A stretch of DNA of 64,000 nt from Laetmonice hystrix (lineage: Eukaryota): positions 26,228,001 to 26,292,000 of the forward strand of contig OZ249436.1 of NCBI GenBank assembly GCA_965235115.1, in the 5' to 3' direction. Made by a program: the position numbers and the translations under genes. The notes under the pieces were generated by a model. That model ran no database searches, had not been told where the DNA came from, and saw only the letters and a list, made by a program, of their open reading frames with translations. Of the stretch, positions 35,572 through 48,588 are shown one piece after another. Each line of letters begins with the position of its first letter. Positions within the stretch are counted from its first letter, which is position 1.

Positions 35572-38500
35572 GGGGCCGTTGCATAAAAAGCCGCTATGTG
35601 TACGGGTTGCCGTTAAGTGTCTAACGGGTACCCTAGCGGGCCAAAGTGTTGCAAAGACCTCAGTGGGAATCCCCGCTAGTGATCAAGTGTTGCAAAGTGC
35701 ACAGTCGAGCGTGACCCGGCACCCGTTAACCGCTCCTCGCGGGCTATTTTGAGATGTTTTTAACCTGTACCTCGGGAGGTGCAGGTTAACACTAACGGGA
35801 AACCCGCAAAATCCTGACATGTTTTTTTCTGTATCTGCATAAGGTCATCGTAATCATTGGGGCGTCGTAATATGTATATTGATCTAACCATTTAATTTGT
35901 GATATCAGTGGCGGCGCTAGGGTTATATTGGGTGACTCGGGGTAAGATAAAACATAAGTATGAAATATCTCCGTAAGTAATAAACAATCATTTATTGACC
36001 ATTAGTAAACATATCGCATATTGGCGTCCGTGTATGTGTAGTGGGTACGGATGGACCATTGTGCGAATTGTAGTATTGCAGCCGTGTCCTCCATGTGAGT
36101 TCACCTGTGACACCGCCCCGGAAAATGTGTGCCTGACTCTGAAATCCGCAAAGAGAAAACATATCGTTGATAAAAACAGTATAGATACATTTCCACATGT
36201 CTAAAGGGCGAAACACATAGGGCGCGGGTGGCAATCTAAAATACACTGAACGCGGGGTTTTCTGAGCGGCGTATGGGCGATTCTCCAACTTGGGAGCAAA
36301 TTGCAATTTGCAGACATGGACAATTTTTTACATCTTGGAGTCTTTTTTTTATCATAAAACTAGATATGTCATGACTCCAAAACAGAAACGAGCAGCGCAC
36401 TTTTATACATTTTTGTAATTTTTTTCCAACTGCAAATAAGCAACACAAAGTCAATGTGTCAAATCCATAAAAATCAATTTATTGGTATTTGCCTACTATT
36501 AATTTCGACTATTCTTACTCTTTACTTAAGGCTTATTATATGGGAGCACTTCCAAAATACTCACAAGAAAATGTTCTGTCATGGAGGTGACTATGTAACG
36601 GAGAGGATTTTGGGATCATTGGTATCAATGAAATTGAAATAAATGTGGTTCAAAAACATTCTATGTGATCTCTTTCACATGCCACTTGTGTTGATCAGTT
36701 TCTATGGCTACTTCTGCTTTTATAGATGTAACGGAGCTGATGGATGAATAAAGCTATAATTTGTTTCTCCACTTTTGTTTAAAATATAGATATGTTGAAA
36801 GATTCTTCAAGAGGGAAGGTGAACCATGCACCTTTAAGATCATCTCAGAAAACAAATCATTTGATTGGTTCCTTAGGCCTAATTACCTCTAATATACAGT
36901 AATAGCTCGAGGATAGCGGCAGTTAGTTGTAACAGAGTTGATAAAAAAAATTCAGGACAGAGCTTTGGGGGTTCAACATGATAAAAGTAGATCTATGGAT
37001 AGGCCTACAAACTAAAATTTTCAGAACACAAAGTTCAAATTCTGTTCAGTTCAACTTTAAAACCTGATATGAGCCTAAGATTAGATCTATTATAGTGTGG
37101 GAGAATTTCACATTGGGGGGGGGGGCAAAAGATATTCTCGCCCCCCCCCCTTAAAATTCTCGGCGCCCCTGATCTTACTGTTCGATCCAGTTATTTGACG
37201 CCCACTGGTCATTTGCGAGGCGCAGCATTGTCAACCAGTCGTTCACTCAGTGCACTTGCACTCGGCCATGCACTGTTTGTAAACACTCCCATACGCAATG
37301 GCATTTTCAAAATAACATTGTTTGTTCGCGGCTTATACGCATTGGACGCTCCGTTTCTAACGTTTAGTATGTAGGCCTACAACACTTGTGAGTAGTTCCC
37401 CAAGCAATGGATTTCGCGAAAGGTATAAGATTACTAGGAAATACCATGATTTGTCTTACCTTGCAGACGACACTGGCGTGGAGCGATAATACGTGTGTTC
37501 GGCTTCTTCTTCGGTGTCTCACTCCAGTTGTGTCACGCGCATTTATTTACGGGAATTATTAACGGGTTCCCACTATAGTGCGGGGGCCCAAAACATGATT
37601 TACGGGGAATGAATTTAACGGGTTTGGCGTTTAGTGGGATCCCGCTAGGTGGTGTTGTGCAACACTTTTTCACACTAACTTAAAGGAACACTCTTCTCCT
37701 GCTTATTGAGTTATCAGATGTTAACTTGATAGTACTAGAGCCCGTCTATACCATATTCATATTTTTAGGCTGCCCTTGTAATTAATGATTATTAATCAAA
37801 AACGGGACTTAGTAGTTGATAGTCTTTTCGCCATCTTGCAAAAAGGACACATGCTGACGCCTTGCGGGAATCTACAGAACTATAGCTGCCACCTGGCAAA
37901 ATGCTGGTCGTGACGTCACGAAGGGACAACAACTTTGGTAGGCCTAGGCCTACAGCGTAGACTGAAGGCGTAGACTAGCTAAACTTACCGCGAGTTTGGC
38001 CCACAACAAGGAGTATTCCAGGACTTTGTGCGGCAGTGGGGTTGTAACAACCGAAACTGGATTAAGAATTTGGATCAACAAAGGAGCTTTCATGCTTTCC
38101 CCTCTAAAATAAAACCTGTAGGCTGTATAATTCTGAAGAGGTGGGTGCACAACAATACATGCGTCGAGGTAGGCCTAGGCCTAAGGCTAAGCTAAGGCTA
38201 AGCTAAATATTAAAGTGGATTTGTTCCAACAGCGATCCACCCGCATAGTGTGAATGTCTCGATTTTTTTCTGTGACTAACTAAACTTGTCAGTCTTAAAC
38301 GTCTACCTAACTGATTAGGCCTAGACTCCGTTTCAGCTGTGACTAGAGTCGAGAGTGCAGTCTAGTGACTAGTCTAGGCACCGTAGATCTAATCTCATTC
38401 TAGTATTTCTACTGTCCAGTCACCAGTGCAGTGGCAGTGATTAGTAAATTGGCTGAAGGAGGGGGCAAACGGCCCAATATACCACCAATTTACACTTTGA

Positions 38501-39480
38501 AAATTCTGAGGGGTGGGGGAGTATTTACCAAAGACCGGTTTTCCAAGACAACCCGTGGGCGTGACCGGCCTGTAGCAGGCCTACTGTAGCAAGTCGCCCC
38601 CGCCAACTCCGTCGCCAAGCTGCACGCCGGGCTCAGGCACTGAGTGAGCCGAGGACAGACACCCATACTAAGGCCATTGGGGGGGGGGGGGTGATCCAGG
38701 ATTTTGCATAAAAAAATAATTTTGCAAGGGGGGGCTTGACCTAGCTAGGTGCGCCGTAGTCTGACATAGACACACTGCAAAATGATAACCCTCAGCCTGG
38801 ACTGGCTGGAGTCAGCCGGGGGGGGGGGGGGGGGGGGCTTAGCCTTAGGCAGGGCCTACTACTAGTAGCCTACTGCTACTGCTGCCCCCCCCCCCTCAGA
38901 AATTTCTAGATACGGCCCTACATACGTGTAGGGCCTACCTCCATAGCTTATATTATCTTGGAAACCGGCTAGGGCATATTTTCGACCTACTTCCTTAGGC
39001 TAATGCTATGGGTATGGCTATGTCTATGGATGATGGATGTAGGCTGTAGCCGGGGGAGGGGGCGGGGGTTCCGAGGGTTCTGACGAACCCCTCTCACTTC
39101 TTTGGGCCACTATTAAAATAAATACACTATAGAACTAGCCTACTTGTCAACACTTGTTTAACGAGGGCCGAGGCATATCCAGGGCTGAGTGAGTCCCTTC
39201 GTGACGTAGTCAAAGATGTAGCCAAGTAATTGCTATTATTGCCGCAAGAGGGCGCGCGGTGCGCCAATGGCGGCGACCATGAATCTGCATTAAAGTTCTT
39301 TTTGACAATATAATATAAACTGTTTGATGTTAAAAAAATAACATGGGTTGTAGAATTATGCCTTCTTCAATTCTAAATATGATTTAGCTCGAGAAAAGCA
39401 TTCCTTTAACGGGACCCACTAAACGCGACCCCGCTAACCTTCGTTATGGCATAACTAGTGGGATTTTATGCAACGGCCCC
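35572..39480. mobile_element. Non-autonomous Harbinger element
   Basis: TIR ggggccgttgcataaaa / ttttatgcaacggcccc, 3-bp CAG TSD, taacggg/cccgcta subterminal motifs. Confidence 0.8.
37684..39405. mobile_element. Kolobok-type non-autonomous element nested in the Harbinger element
   Basis: TTAA on both sides; termini aggaacactcttctc / gagaaaagcattcct. Confidence 0.75.
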
Positions 39481-39871
39481 CAGGCGCGGATCCAGGAATT
39501 CTTGCAGGGGGGGGGGGGGGGGGGGCAAAAAGTCTGGGGCCCTTCCCCGATAACATAGCAAAAACCTAAGTTGGTGCTGAGCATGCTTTGATCCTTTTTG
39601 CTTAAACTTGGTACTGGTAACACTAACCGTTAGATCTACTAGTGTTTCTCAGGTTTGTATAAGCCAAGGGATTTGGAATCCTCCTCATTCATGTAATGTG
39701 GGCCAGTAAGAATATTTGCCAAAATGAAATGATCGCTTTTATTCAAGGTTAATAATAATAGATAAAATTGTCTCAGTGGAATCTCCAAAAATGTGTTTTC
39801 TCCTGCTTCTCTTTGTCTAAGGCTCTTGTTTTATTCTATCTTTCAGTCAGTTGCTGACACTTGGAAACATC

Positions 39872-39976
39872 ATGCGGATTTGTGCAGTTAGCGGGTGTAG
39901 CAACAGTACTTACACCATTCAGCGATGGAAATAGATTATATGCAGCAGACATTCATGCAAATTTGGATCAGAAACT
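39872..39976 (+). pseudogene. THAP-like N-terminal remnant of a transposase
   Basis: MRICAVSGCSNSTYTIQRWK*IICSRHSCKFGSET, downstream of a tttcag acceptor; C-x4-C start typical of THAP domains; contains a stop. Confidence 0.55.
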
Positions 39977-40329
39977 ATTATACTACTACTAGATCTACTA
40001 CTACTACTACCCTACTACGAACATAAAAATTATAATTTCAAGATCCCATTCCTCAGTAGGGCGGTTGGGGCTGTGAATAAACTGCTAATAAAGAGAAAGA
40101 GAAAAGGATACAAGAAATCTGGTAGTACCCCCGGTACTTAGTAAAAACAAGTTCTAATTTCTACATACATGTATAATTTGCATGGAAGTTAACAGTGTAT
40201 TACACACAAAGTGATTATAAAACTGGCAAGGAATTTATCAGTCTCTGAATTAAAAAGGAATATCACAATTTATTTAGCACATGTCGATAAAGGATTACCT
40301 TACCCAAAGACCATACTCATTGAGACCTG

Positions 40330-41390
40330 GTGAAATCATGGGTCAACCAAAGTAAATTTGCATTCATCTGATCATATAGATCATGCTTATTTGCTGGCCG
40401 ATGGTTTTGAATGCAACATGCAAAACTAGCTCTGGTTGCTTGGTTGCATTTTTTAGCGGCATGAGCCTTTTTGTATTTTACATCTATGTAGGGCCTACAT
40501 AAATGCAAATACTAAAATTTAATAAGGGTCAGTGAATTGAAGTAGCACCTTCATTCATTCAAGAATCACACTAAATAGGGAATGTTACATCATCCAACAG
40601 AAGGAACATTATTGTCATACTAAAGTAGAGCACCCACCACCAGTTTGAGTTTTTAAAAAATGACAGAGCGCTACAACCAAAAAATATAGCATCAGCATGG
40701 TACACTAAATATTGACCCAGGCCAAAGAATCCAAACAACCTTGAAGCAAGGACCTGCTGTCAACCACACAAACAGGCTGTACAATCAGTCCATAAAATCC
40801 CCAGATGTAAATGCACAAAAATGTAAATTTGTTTACTTTTTTGATACTCCCTTTCATTTTGCATACAAGTATCCCAAACCTGAAGTAATGAAAAATGGGG
40901 TAGCCCCCTATACAGAAAAATTTATTGGAATAAAAAGAACTGTATTTATCTTTATTTATAATTAATCTTTGACATTTTTTTATGTTTTTTTATGGACTTA
41001 CCCAGCAACACATGAGCAAATATTAACTGTGCCTGTCTTATTCTCAACAGCCACCCAAATTTGGTGGGAGGGGTTGTATATCCGGGCAGAGGGGGTGGAT
41101 GAGGACTTCATCAGGCATACTGGAGATTTTTCAGAAATAGGGCACGTGGTAACATATCTGCTGAAGCCAAGCAAAATAGGAATATGCCTTGCCAACCCAT
41201 CCAGAAACATCAAAGGGATCAGGAATGGTACAACTGTCAATTTTCAGCAATGTCTGGTATTCCTCAAATTTCTTTCTGGTACTTTCCTGACCTGATGGCA
41301 GCACAGGTTTCTGATCACAGTGAGCAGCATAGGCTAAGGGCAAAGTACATGTAGTTCATCTTTCTTGCCTTTGACACTCCTCGTGTATCC
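40330..41390 (-). pseudogene. SAP-like/SWIM protein remnant (ISL2EU-type second ORF)
   Basis: TRGV..KGKKDEL..LAYAAH..EEYQTLLKIDSCTIPDPF..GW.GKAYSYF..; frameshift; CLMKSSSTPSARIYNPSHQIWVAVENKTGTV..CSCVAG|gtaagt (SWIM C-x-C). Convergent with the THAP remnant. Confidence 0.6.
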
Positions 41391-41490
41391 CGGGCTTTAG
41401 GCGCCCTATAATCAAAGTGGGTCTGGCAGCTCAGTCTACGTCACAATCAGTAGACGTAGGAAAAAACCTTTGGCATCGGTGTGCGCCAAC

Positions 41491-42187
41491 TAGTGGGGCG
41501 GCATAGCAAACCTGTTGTGCATTTTGTGATACAAGCACCAAATTTGGCACAAATGTAAATTAATATGTTGCGAACATTTTCAGATATTGGGCCACTTGAA
41601 ATTCTCTCCTTATGTCCGCCATATTGGATTTCAAAATGGCCGCCACTTGAAATCTACATTTGCGATTATCTCTGGACATAATGCAGCTATTGACTTGATT
41701 CTGGTATCTAAATGTATGTTTTGGGGGGCAAGGAATCCAATGCTACCAATTTCAACTTGTTATTTTCAAGTATTGGCCGCCATATTGGATTTCAAAATGT
41801 CCGCCACTTGAAATCTACATTTGCGATTATCTCTGGACATAATGCAGCTATTGACTTGATTCTGGTATCTAAATGTATGTTTTTTTGGGCAAGGAATCCA
41901 ATGCTACCAATTTCAACTTGGTATTGTCAAGTATTGGCCGCCATATTGGATTTCAAAATGGCCGCCACTTGAAATCTACATTTGCGATTATCTCTGGACA
42001 TAATGCAGCTATTGACTTGATTCTGGTATCTAAATGTATGTTTTTGGGGGCAAGGAATCCAATGCTACCAATTTCAACTTGGTATTGTCAAGTATTGGCC
42101 GCCATATTGGATTTCAAAATGGCCGCCACTTGAAATCTACATTTGCGATTATCTCTGGACATAATGCAGCTATTGACTTGATTCTGG
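41491..42187 (+). mobile_element. Left end of a second Academ-type element with 161-bp tandem repeats (~3.6 copies)
   Basis: tagtggggcggcatagcaaacctgttgtgcattttgtgata resembles the 10525 terminus; repeat period 161 bp over 41617-42187. Confidence 0.7.
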
Positions 42188-45100
42188 TGGTGGTGGTAGT
42201 CTAACACTATCACTATCACGGGGGTCAGTCAGGGGTCAGTCTGGATTGACTCCCTGGCTGACCCTTCTCCATACTGACCCCGACTGACCCCCGACCTACC
42301 CCCCCCCCCCCCGACTGACCACTACTCCAATCATGGTCGTGTCGGATGCTATTTCGGTCAAACCCTAGGAAGGAGCGAAGTGGAGAACTACCCCCTAGAG
42401 GATAGGCTAGGGTAACTTGTCTAATTAAGTTTGGCTGGCAGGGCTTGAGGCAGGTGGGCCGGGGGACAGGTCATCTGCCTCTGCTTGCATGGTCACAAAG
42501 GAAGGGTCAGTGGGTGGGGGGTAGGGGTCAGTCAAGGTGGGCAGGAGGTCAGGGGTGTCGGGGGGGGGGGGGTCAGTCCAGGGGTCAGTGGGTGGGTGGG
42601 GTTCGGGTCAGTTGGGATTGTCAGTCGGGGATCAGTCTGGGTGGCAGTCTAGGGTCAATCGGGGGTCAGTCCAGGGGTCAGTCCAGGGGGAGGTCAGTCA
42701 AGGGTCAGTTTGGGGGTCAGTCAGGGGTCAGTCTGGAGTGACCCCCTCCCCCATACTGACCCGATTGACCCCCCCCCCCCCCAACCTGTGCCGGATGCTA
42801 TTTCGGTCACACCCTAGGAAGGAGCTAGTACTGGAACTTGTCTAATTAAGGCTGGCAGGGCTTGAGGTAGGTGGGCCGGGGGACAGGTCATCTGCCCCTG
42901 CTTGCATGCTCAGAAAGGATTGGCCAGCAGGGCCTGAGGCGGCTGATTGTTGGCCTGGGGAGCGGCTGACGAGGTCCCCCGACAGCCAGACATGACCAGT
43001 AGGGCATGAGGCGGTAGGGCAGTAGGGCCCGGGGGTGGGGGTGGGGAGGTTGGTCTGCCAAGCTAGCCAGGGTTGGGGGGCAGGGCTGGGATATATAATA
43101 TGGACGCTGGTGGGGGGTTGGAGGCCTGGAGGGTGGCCAAGGTGTTGCTGGTAGCTTTGCCTCTGTGATAGGCCTAGTAATACTCGTAGCTTTAGTTGTA
43201 TAGCATTAGCAGGGATAGGGTGGCCGGCAGGGCGGCAGCTGCACAGGGGTCTCACTGTATTAAGTTGGGTTGGTTGGCAGAGCCAGGGACACGGAAGCCG
43301 GCAGGGCAATAGGGATAGGAAGGCCAGGAGACAGACGGGCTCCAACTTGTAGCCAATGGCCACAGGGGTCACAGGTGCAGATGGCCGTTGGGATTGGTGG
43401 ATAGTATGACTTCCCTGCCTGCCTCTACCGGATGGAGTTCCACTGTGAGCCAGGGTTGGCCAGGGCGCAAGGCATGCCAAGGGATGCCTAACCCTAGCTC
43501 TGGAGGCAGGTCATGTGCTAACACGGCTGGATCATGGCCCAAGCCAAGGAGAGTCATAGGAGACCGGCCAGGATGGACAGGTTGGTAGGCCTATGGGAGT
43601 CTGCCAAGCTAGCCAGAGTTGGCTGGCAGTGGCTAGGGTCAGGGAGGCTGGTGGGGGTTATGAAACAACCTAAGGATTGTCTGGCACTGGCGCCCCCAAA
43701 GCGGCATTTGCCCTTGGCGCCGGCCCTATTCCGGAACACTCGGCCATTTCCGTTTTTTCCAGGTCAGGATGGGGCTCAGTTCAGGGGAAGTGGGTCAGTG
43801 GGGTTAAGTCAGTTGGGCTTGTCAGTCGGGGATCAGTCTGAGGGGGACAGTCTGGGGTCAATCGGGGATCAGTCCAGGGGTCAGTCCAGTGGGCCGGAAG
43901 ACAGGTCTACAGTGATCTGGGAAAACCATAGATGTGTCCTACACATCTATGGGAAAACGTAGCAAGTCCACCTCATTTTGAGAAAACTGGGACAAACGAA
44001 CCATTCCTCCCATTGAGGTGCATGCAAACGCTAGGTTTTTCCAGATCAATAACTATGAATTGCGTAGAGTTCTGATCACTTGTACTATATGAAGGGGCAA
44101 AGGAGCTAGGAGGTTGGGATGCCAAGCTAGCCAGGGTTAGGTTGCAGAGCTGGGGATAATATGGAGGCTGGTTGAGTTTGGAGGCCTGGAGTTTGGCCGG
44201 GGTGCTGCTGGTAGCTATGGTTATATATCTATAGCATTAGCAGGGACAGGGATGGGGTGGCCGGTAGGGCGACGGCTGCACAGAGGTCTCACTATAAAGC
44301 CTGGTCTACACGATAGGTTTTTTCCTATAGGTCATAACCTATAGGTCTGTCTCATAGGATAACATACCGTGTGTACCCCTGCTATAGGATAAGATTTTCT
44401 GAGGTCATCTGGTGCTAAGATTTGTCGGCTCAAGTCCGTGAACTGCCGTCACGTCACGGGTAAGAATACGGATATAGAATTCCCCACGACCGTATCACTC
44501 CCACACCATAGCGTTACGAAAACGGAAGTCCTTCCACCGCACTATTCGGCAGCCCACTGACTTGTGCCGATTTGTCCTATGAAATAGAACATGTTCTATT
44601 TCGCCAGGTCAGACCAATAGGGGATATAAAACCTACCGTGTTCACAGGGATGTCCCACAGATTTTGGAGTCAGTCAGCCCTAAATGGCTGAAGATGAAAA
44701 AGTTCAGGGCGAACACTGCCACCCCCCACCTCACCTGCCTGGAACCCTGCCCTCGTCCTTGCTATATAAATATGGATGCAAGGATATGGGCAGGATCCCT
44801 CTCGAGGCCCACCTTGGGCCCTGACATCCACGCCCGCTAGCGGAGGGGGGGGGGGGCACTGGCCTACCTCAGATTCTGCTAGCCATCCGGACCTCAAACT
44901 CACAGAACGACCCTTCTAGCCTCCGAGGCCTTCCTGTCCCCCTCTACCTGGGATAGGGTTCAAGTCAGAACCAAGGCCAAACGATGCCTTGATGCAGACC
45001 TGGCAACATGCCTTTGTATTTAGTCCCACAAGAGGGTAGGTGCAGAAGGGGGCATCCCCCTCCTGTTGGAGGAGGGGGGGGGTGCATTTTGAACACATTC

Positions 45101-45319
45101 TGTGCAGAAAGTGAGTAAACGACTTCCTGTGGGGTCTGTATTCTCGATTGCAATCATCAACGGCGAATAAATGATGAATTATTGGTTGGGAAATGGTGCT
45201 TATTATATTATAGCCATTTTGCTTAGTAGTATGTGAAGGACTGAGGCCAGAGGACAAATCCTATACTAGGTTATGCTGCGGGAACAAACAGGAGTAGGGA
45301 CACCATTGGGGGGGAAGAG

Positions 45320-46918
45320 GTCTGCCAGGTTAGCCAGGGTTGGCTGGCCAGGGCAAGGGCCAGGGAGGTCGGTGGTCTACCAAACTATCCGGGTTGGCTG
45401 GTCAGGGCAAGGGCCAGGGAGGCCGGTGGTCTGCCAAACTATCCGGGGTTGGCTGGCCAGGGCAAGGGCCAGGGAGGCCGGTGGTCTGCCAAACTATCCG
45501 GGGTTGGCTGGCCAGGGCAAGGGCCAGGGAGGCCGGTGGTCTGCCAAAGTATCCGGGGTTGGCTGGCCAGGGCAAGGGCCAGGGAAGCCGGCGGTCTGCC
45601 AAGCTATCCGGGGTTGGCTGGTCAGGGCAAGGGCCAGGGAGGCCGGTGATCTGCCAAGCTATCCGGGGTTGGCTGGCCAGCGCAAGGGCCAGGGAAGCCG
45701 GCGGTCTGCCAAGCTATCCGGGGTTGGCTGGCCAGGGCAAGGGCCAGGGAGGCCGGTGGTCTGCCAAGCTATCCGGGGTTGGCTGGCCAGGGCAAGGGCC
45801 AGGGAAGCCGGCGGTCTGCCAAGCTATCCGGGGTTGGCTGGCCAGGGCAAGGCCAGGGAGGCCGGCGGTCTGCCAAGCTATTTGGGGTTGGCTGGCCAGG
45901 GCAAGGGCCAGGGAAGCCGGCGGTCTGCCAAGCTATCCGGGGTTGGCTGGTCAGGGCAAGGGCCAGGGAGGCCGGTGGTCTGCCAAACTATCTGGGTTGG
46001 CTGGCCAGGGCAAGGGTCAGGGAAGCCGGCGGTCTGCCAAGCTATCCGGGGTTGGCTGGCCAGGGCAAGGCCAGGGCAAGGCCAGGGCAAGGCCAGGGAG
46101 GCCGGTGGTCTGCCAAGCTATCTGGGGTTGGCTGGCCAGGGCAAGGGCCAGGGAAGCCGGCGGTCTGCCAAGCTATCCGGGGTTGGCTGGCCAGGGCAAG
46201 GGCCAGGGAGGCCGGTGGTCTGCCAAACTATCCGGGGTTGGCTGGCCAGGGCAAGGGCCAGGGAGGCCGGCGTTCTGCCAAGCTATCCGGGGTTGGCTGG
46301 CCAGGGCAAGGGCCAGGGAAGCCGGCGGTCTGCCAAGCTATCCGGGGTTGGCTGGCCAGGGCAAGGGCCAGGGAAGCTGGCGGTCTGCCAAGCTATCCGG
46401 GGTTGGCTGGCCAGGGCAAGGGCCAGGGAGGCCAGCGTTCTGCCAAGCTATCCGGGTTGGCTGGCCAGGGCAAGGGCCAGGGAGGCCAGCGTTCTGCCAA
46501 GCTATCTGGGGTTGGCTGGCCAGGGCAAGGGCCAGGGAGGCCGGTGGTCTGCCAAGCTATCCGGGGTTGGCTGGGCAGGGCAAGGGCCAGGGAGGCCAGC
46601 GTTCTGCCAAGCTATCCGGGGTTGGCTGGCCAGGGCAAGGGCCAGGTAGGCCGGGGGTCTGCCAAGCTATCCGGGGTTGGCTGGCCAGGGCAAGGGCCAG
46701 GAAGGCCAGCGTTCTGCCAAGCTATCCGGGGTTGGCTGGCCAGGGCAAGGGCCAGGAAGGCCAGCGTTCTGCCAAGCTATCCGGGGTTGGCTGGCCGGGG
46801 CAAGGGCCAGGGAGGCCGGGGGTCTGCCAAGCTATCTGGGGTTGGCTGGCCAGGGCCAGGGCCAGGGCGAGGGCCAGGGCGAGGGCCAGGGCCAGGGCCA
46901 GGGCCAGGGCCAGGGCCA
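45320..46918 (+). repeat. 55-bp GC-rich satellite (~28 copies) ending in an (AGGGCC)n microsatellite
   Basis: Unit ggggttggctggccagggcaagggccagggaggccggtggtctgccaagctatcc (45445 to 45500); hexamer run at 46852-46918. Confidence 0.95.
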
Positions 46919-47217
46919 GCAACAGAGAGGCCTGGGGGTATGCCAAGCTAGCCAGGGTTGATTGGCCTGGGCAAAGACCAGGGAGCCAGTGGGGGTATCT
47001 GCCAAGCTAGCCAGGTAGCGTGGGACAGGGTTGCATGGCCAGGCTCAGGGCAAGGGCTGGTCAAGGAGGGGGGGGGGGGGTCTGGTCGGGTTGGCTGGCC
47101 AGGCCCAGGGAAGAGCCGGTGTCGCGCACTCAGATCTCCGTTGGTCTCAGCACTCTGGGGGCATGGTTTCCTATTATTTAGATGCTGAATCTAACTATAT
47201 AGTCTGTTCACTCTAGG

Positions 47218-47393
47218 AAGAGCTCGACCTCGGCCTCATTAAAGCTCTGACCTGCCCCCCTCCTCCCGTCTACCCACAGCTGGCGTATCACAAGTCATCA
47301 CCGCCTGTCATTCAAGAATATGACCAAATTCCACGTGGTTCTGTATTACCCCAAATGAAGTAATAGCTCTAATGAGGCCGAGGTCGAGCTCTT
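47218..47393. mobile_element. Mini-MITE / hairpin element
   Basis: 29-bp near-perfect TIR aagagctcgacctcggcctcatta(a/g)agct. Confidence 0.7.
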
Positions 47394-48588
47394 ACGTGAG
47401 ACGATAAGTGTGTACGCGCGAGTCGCTGTTTGGACTCACACCTCCGGTCGTCTGCTACCTGATGGGCGGTGGAGTTTTCTTCCAAACAAGAATAAACGAC
47501 AGTCTGGATAGGTAAATTGTAAACCAAAATCGCAGGGGAGATGAGAGTTATTACGTGTGACTCAACTGAGAGCTGATATTTCGGATAGTTAGACTAGAAC
47601 ACACAGCGATGCAGCTAACCTCCCGGAGATCTGAGACCGCGGAGATCTAAGACCGCGACACCGGCCAGCAGACAGGTAGGCCTGAAGGGGCAAGGTCTGC
47701 CAGGGTTGGCTGTCTTGGCCCAGGGCAAGGGCCGTAGCCAGGGAGGCCGAGGGGGGAGGGGGAGACACCCATAGATGGCCGGCAGAATCCGAGGCATGCA
47801 AAGACAGGGCAACCCCCCACAAGGGCTACACACCATCTGCGCTTCTGGCCATGTACGGCTGGCCCGATTCGGGGCATGGAAGGCCGGGATGGGGTCACAT
47901 ACAGTTCTATAGGTCATGCTGCAGGAACAAACAGGCAGACTAGGGAGGCAGGGACGCCGTTCGGGGCTGGGGGCTGGGAAGAGGGTCTGTCAAGCTAGCC
48001 AGGGGCTAAACAGTCGATAATAACGATGTTGATAATTTAACATAGAAGAGAATGGGTTGCTAGGTCGGAAACAACAACCTAACGACCATTCACCTAGCTA
48101 TGTTAAATTATCGACGACGTCAAGGACCTTTAGTAAAACCAGCGTTGGCTGGCCATGACAAGGGCCAGGGAGGGGAGGGGTCTGTTAAGCTGGCCTTGGT
48201 AAAGGCAAGGGAGGCTGGGCATCTGCCAAGCCATGCAGGCTTGGTTGCCCAGGGTAAGTGGCAAGGAGGCGCGGGGGTCTGCCAAGGTCGGCTGGCCTGA
48301 AGAAAGGCCAGGGAGGCAGTCGGGGTATCTGCCAAGCTAGCCAGGGACAGGGTTGGCTGGCCAGGCTCAGGGCAAGGGCTGGCCAAGGAGGCTTTGGGGA
48401 GGGGCCGGGGGGTCTACCAAGCTAACCAGGGTAGGCCGGCCAGGAAGGCAGGGGGGGGGGGGGGGAGTCTGCCAGAGTTGGCTGACCAGGCCTAGGGCAA
48501 GGGCCGTGTCCAGGGAGGCCGAGTGGGATGGGGGGGGGGGGCGCCGCAGCTGCGAGGTCTCACTGCAGCTCGCACTGACACTTCGCAA

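Noticed and set aside
35498..41502. gccgctcact / agtggggcggc with AT flanks as TIRs of the ISL2EU-like element
   Set aside because: The right-hand motif is better explained as the Academ terminus TAGTGGGGCGG shared with 10525.
42842..43480. 212-aa Pro-rich ORF and other ORFs in 42-52 kb
   Set aside because: Low-complexity GC-rich repeat sequence with few stops and no recognisable domain.
45273..47010. 390-556 aa Gly/Arg/Ala-rich ORFs
   Set aside because: Products of the 55-bp satellite; the period is not a multiple of 3 and the same peptides cycle through all frames.
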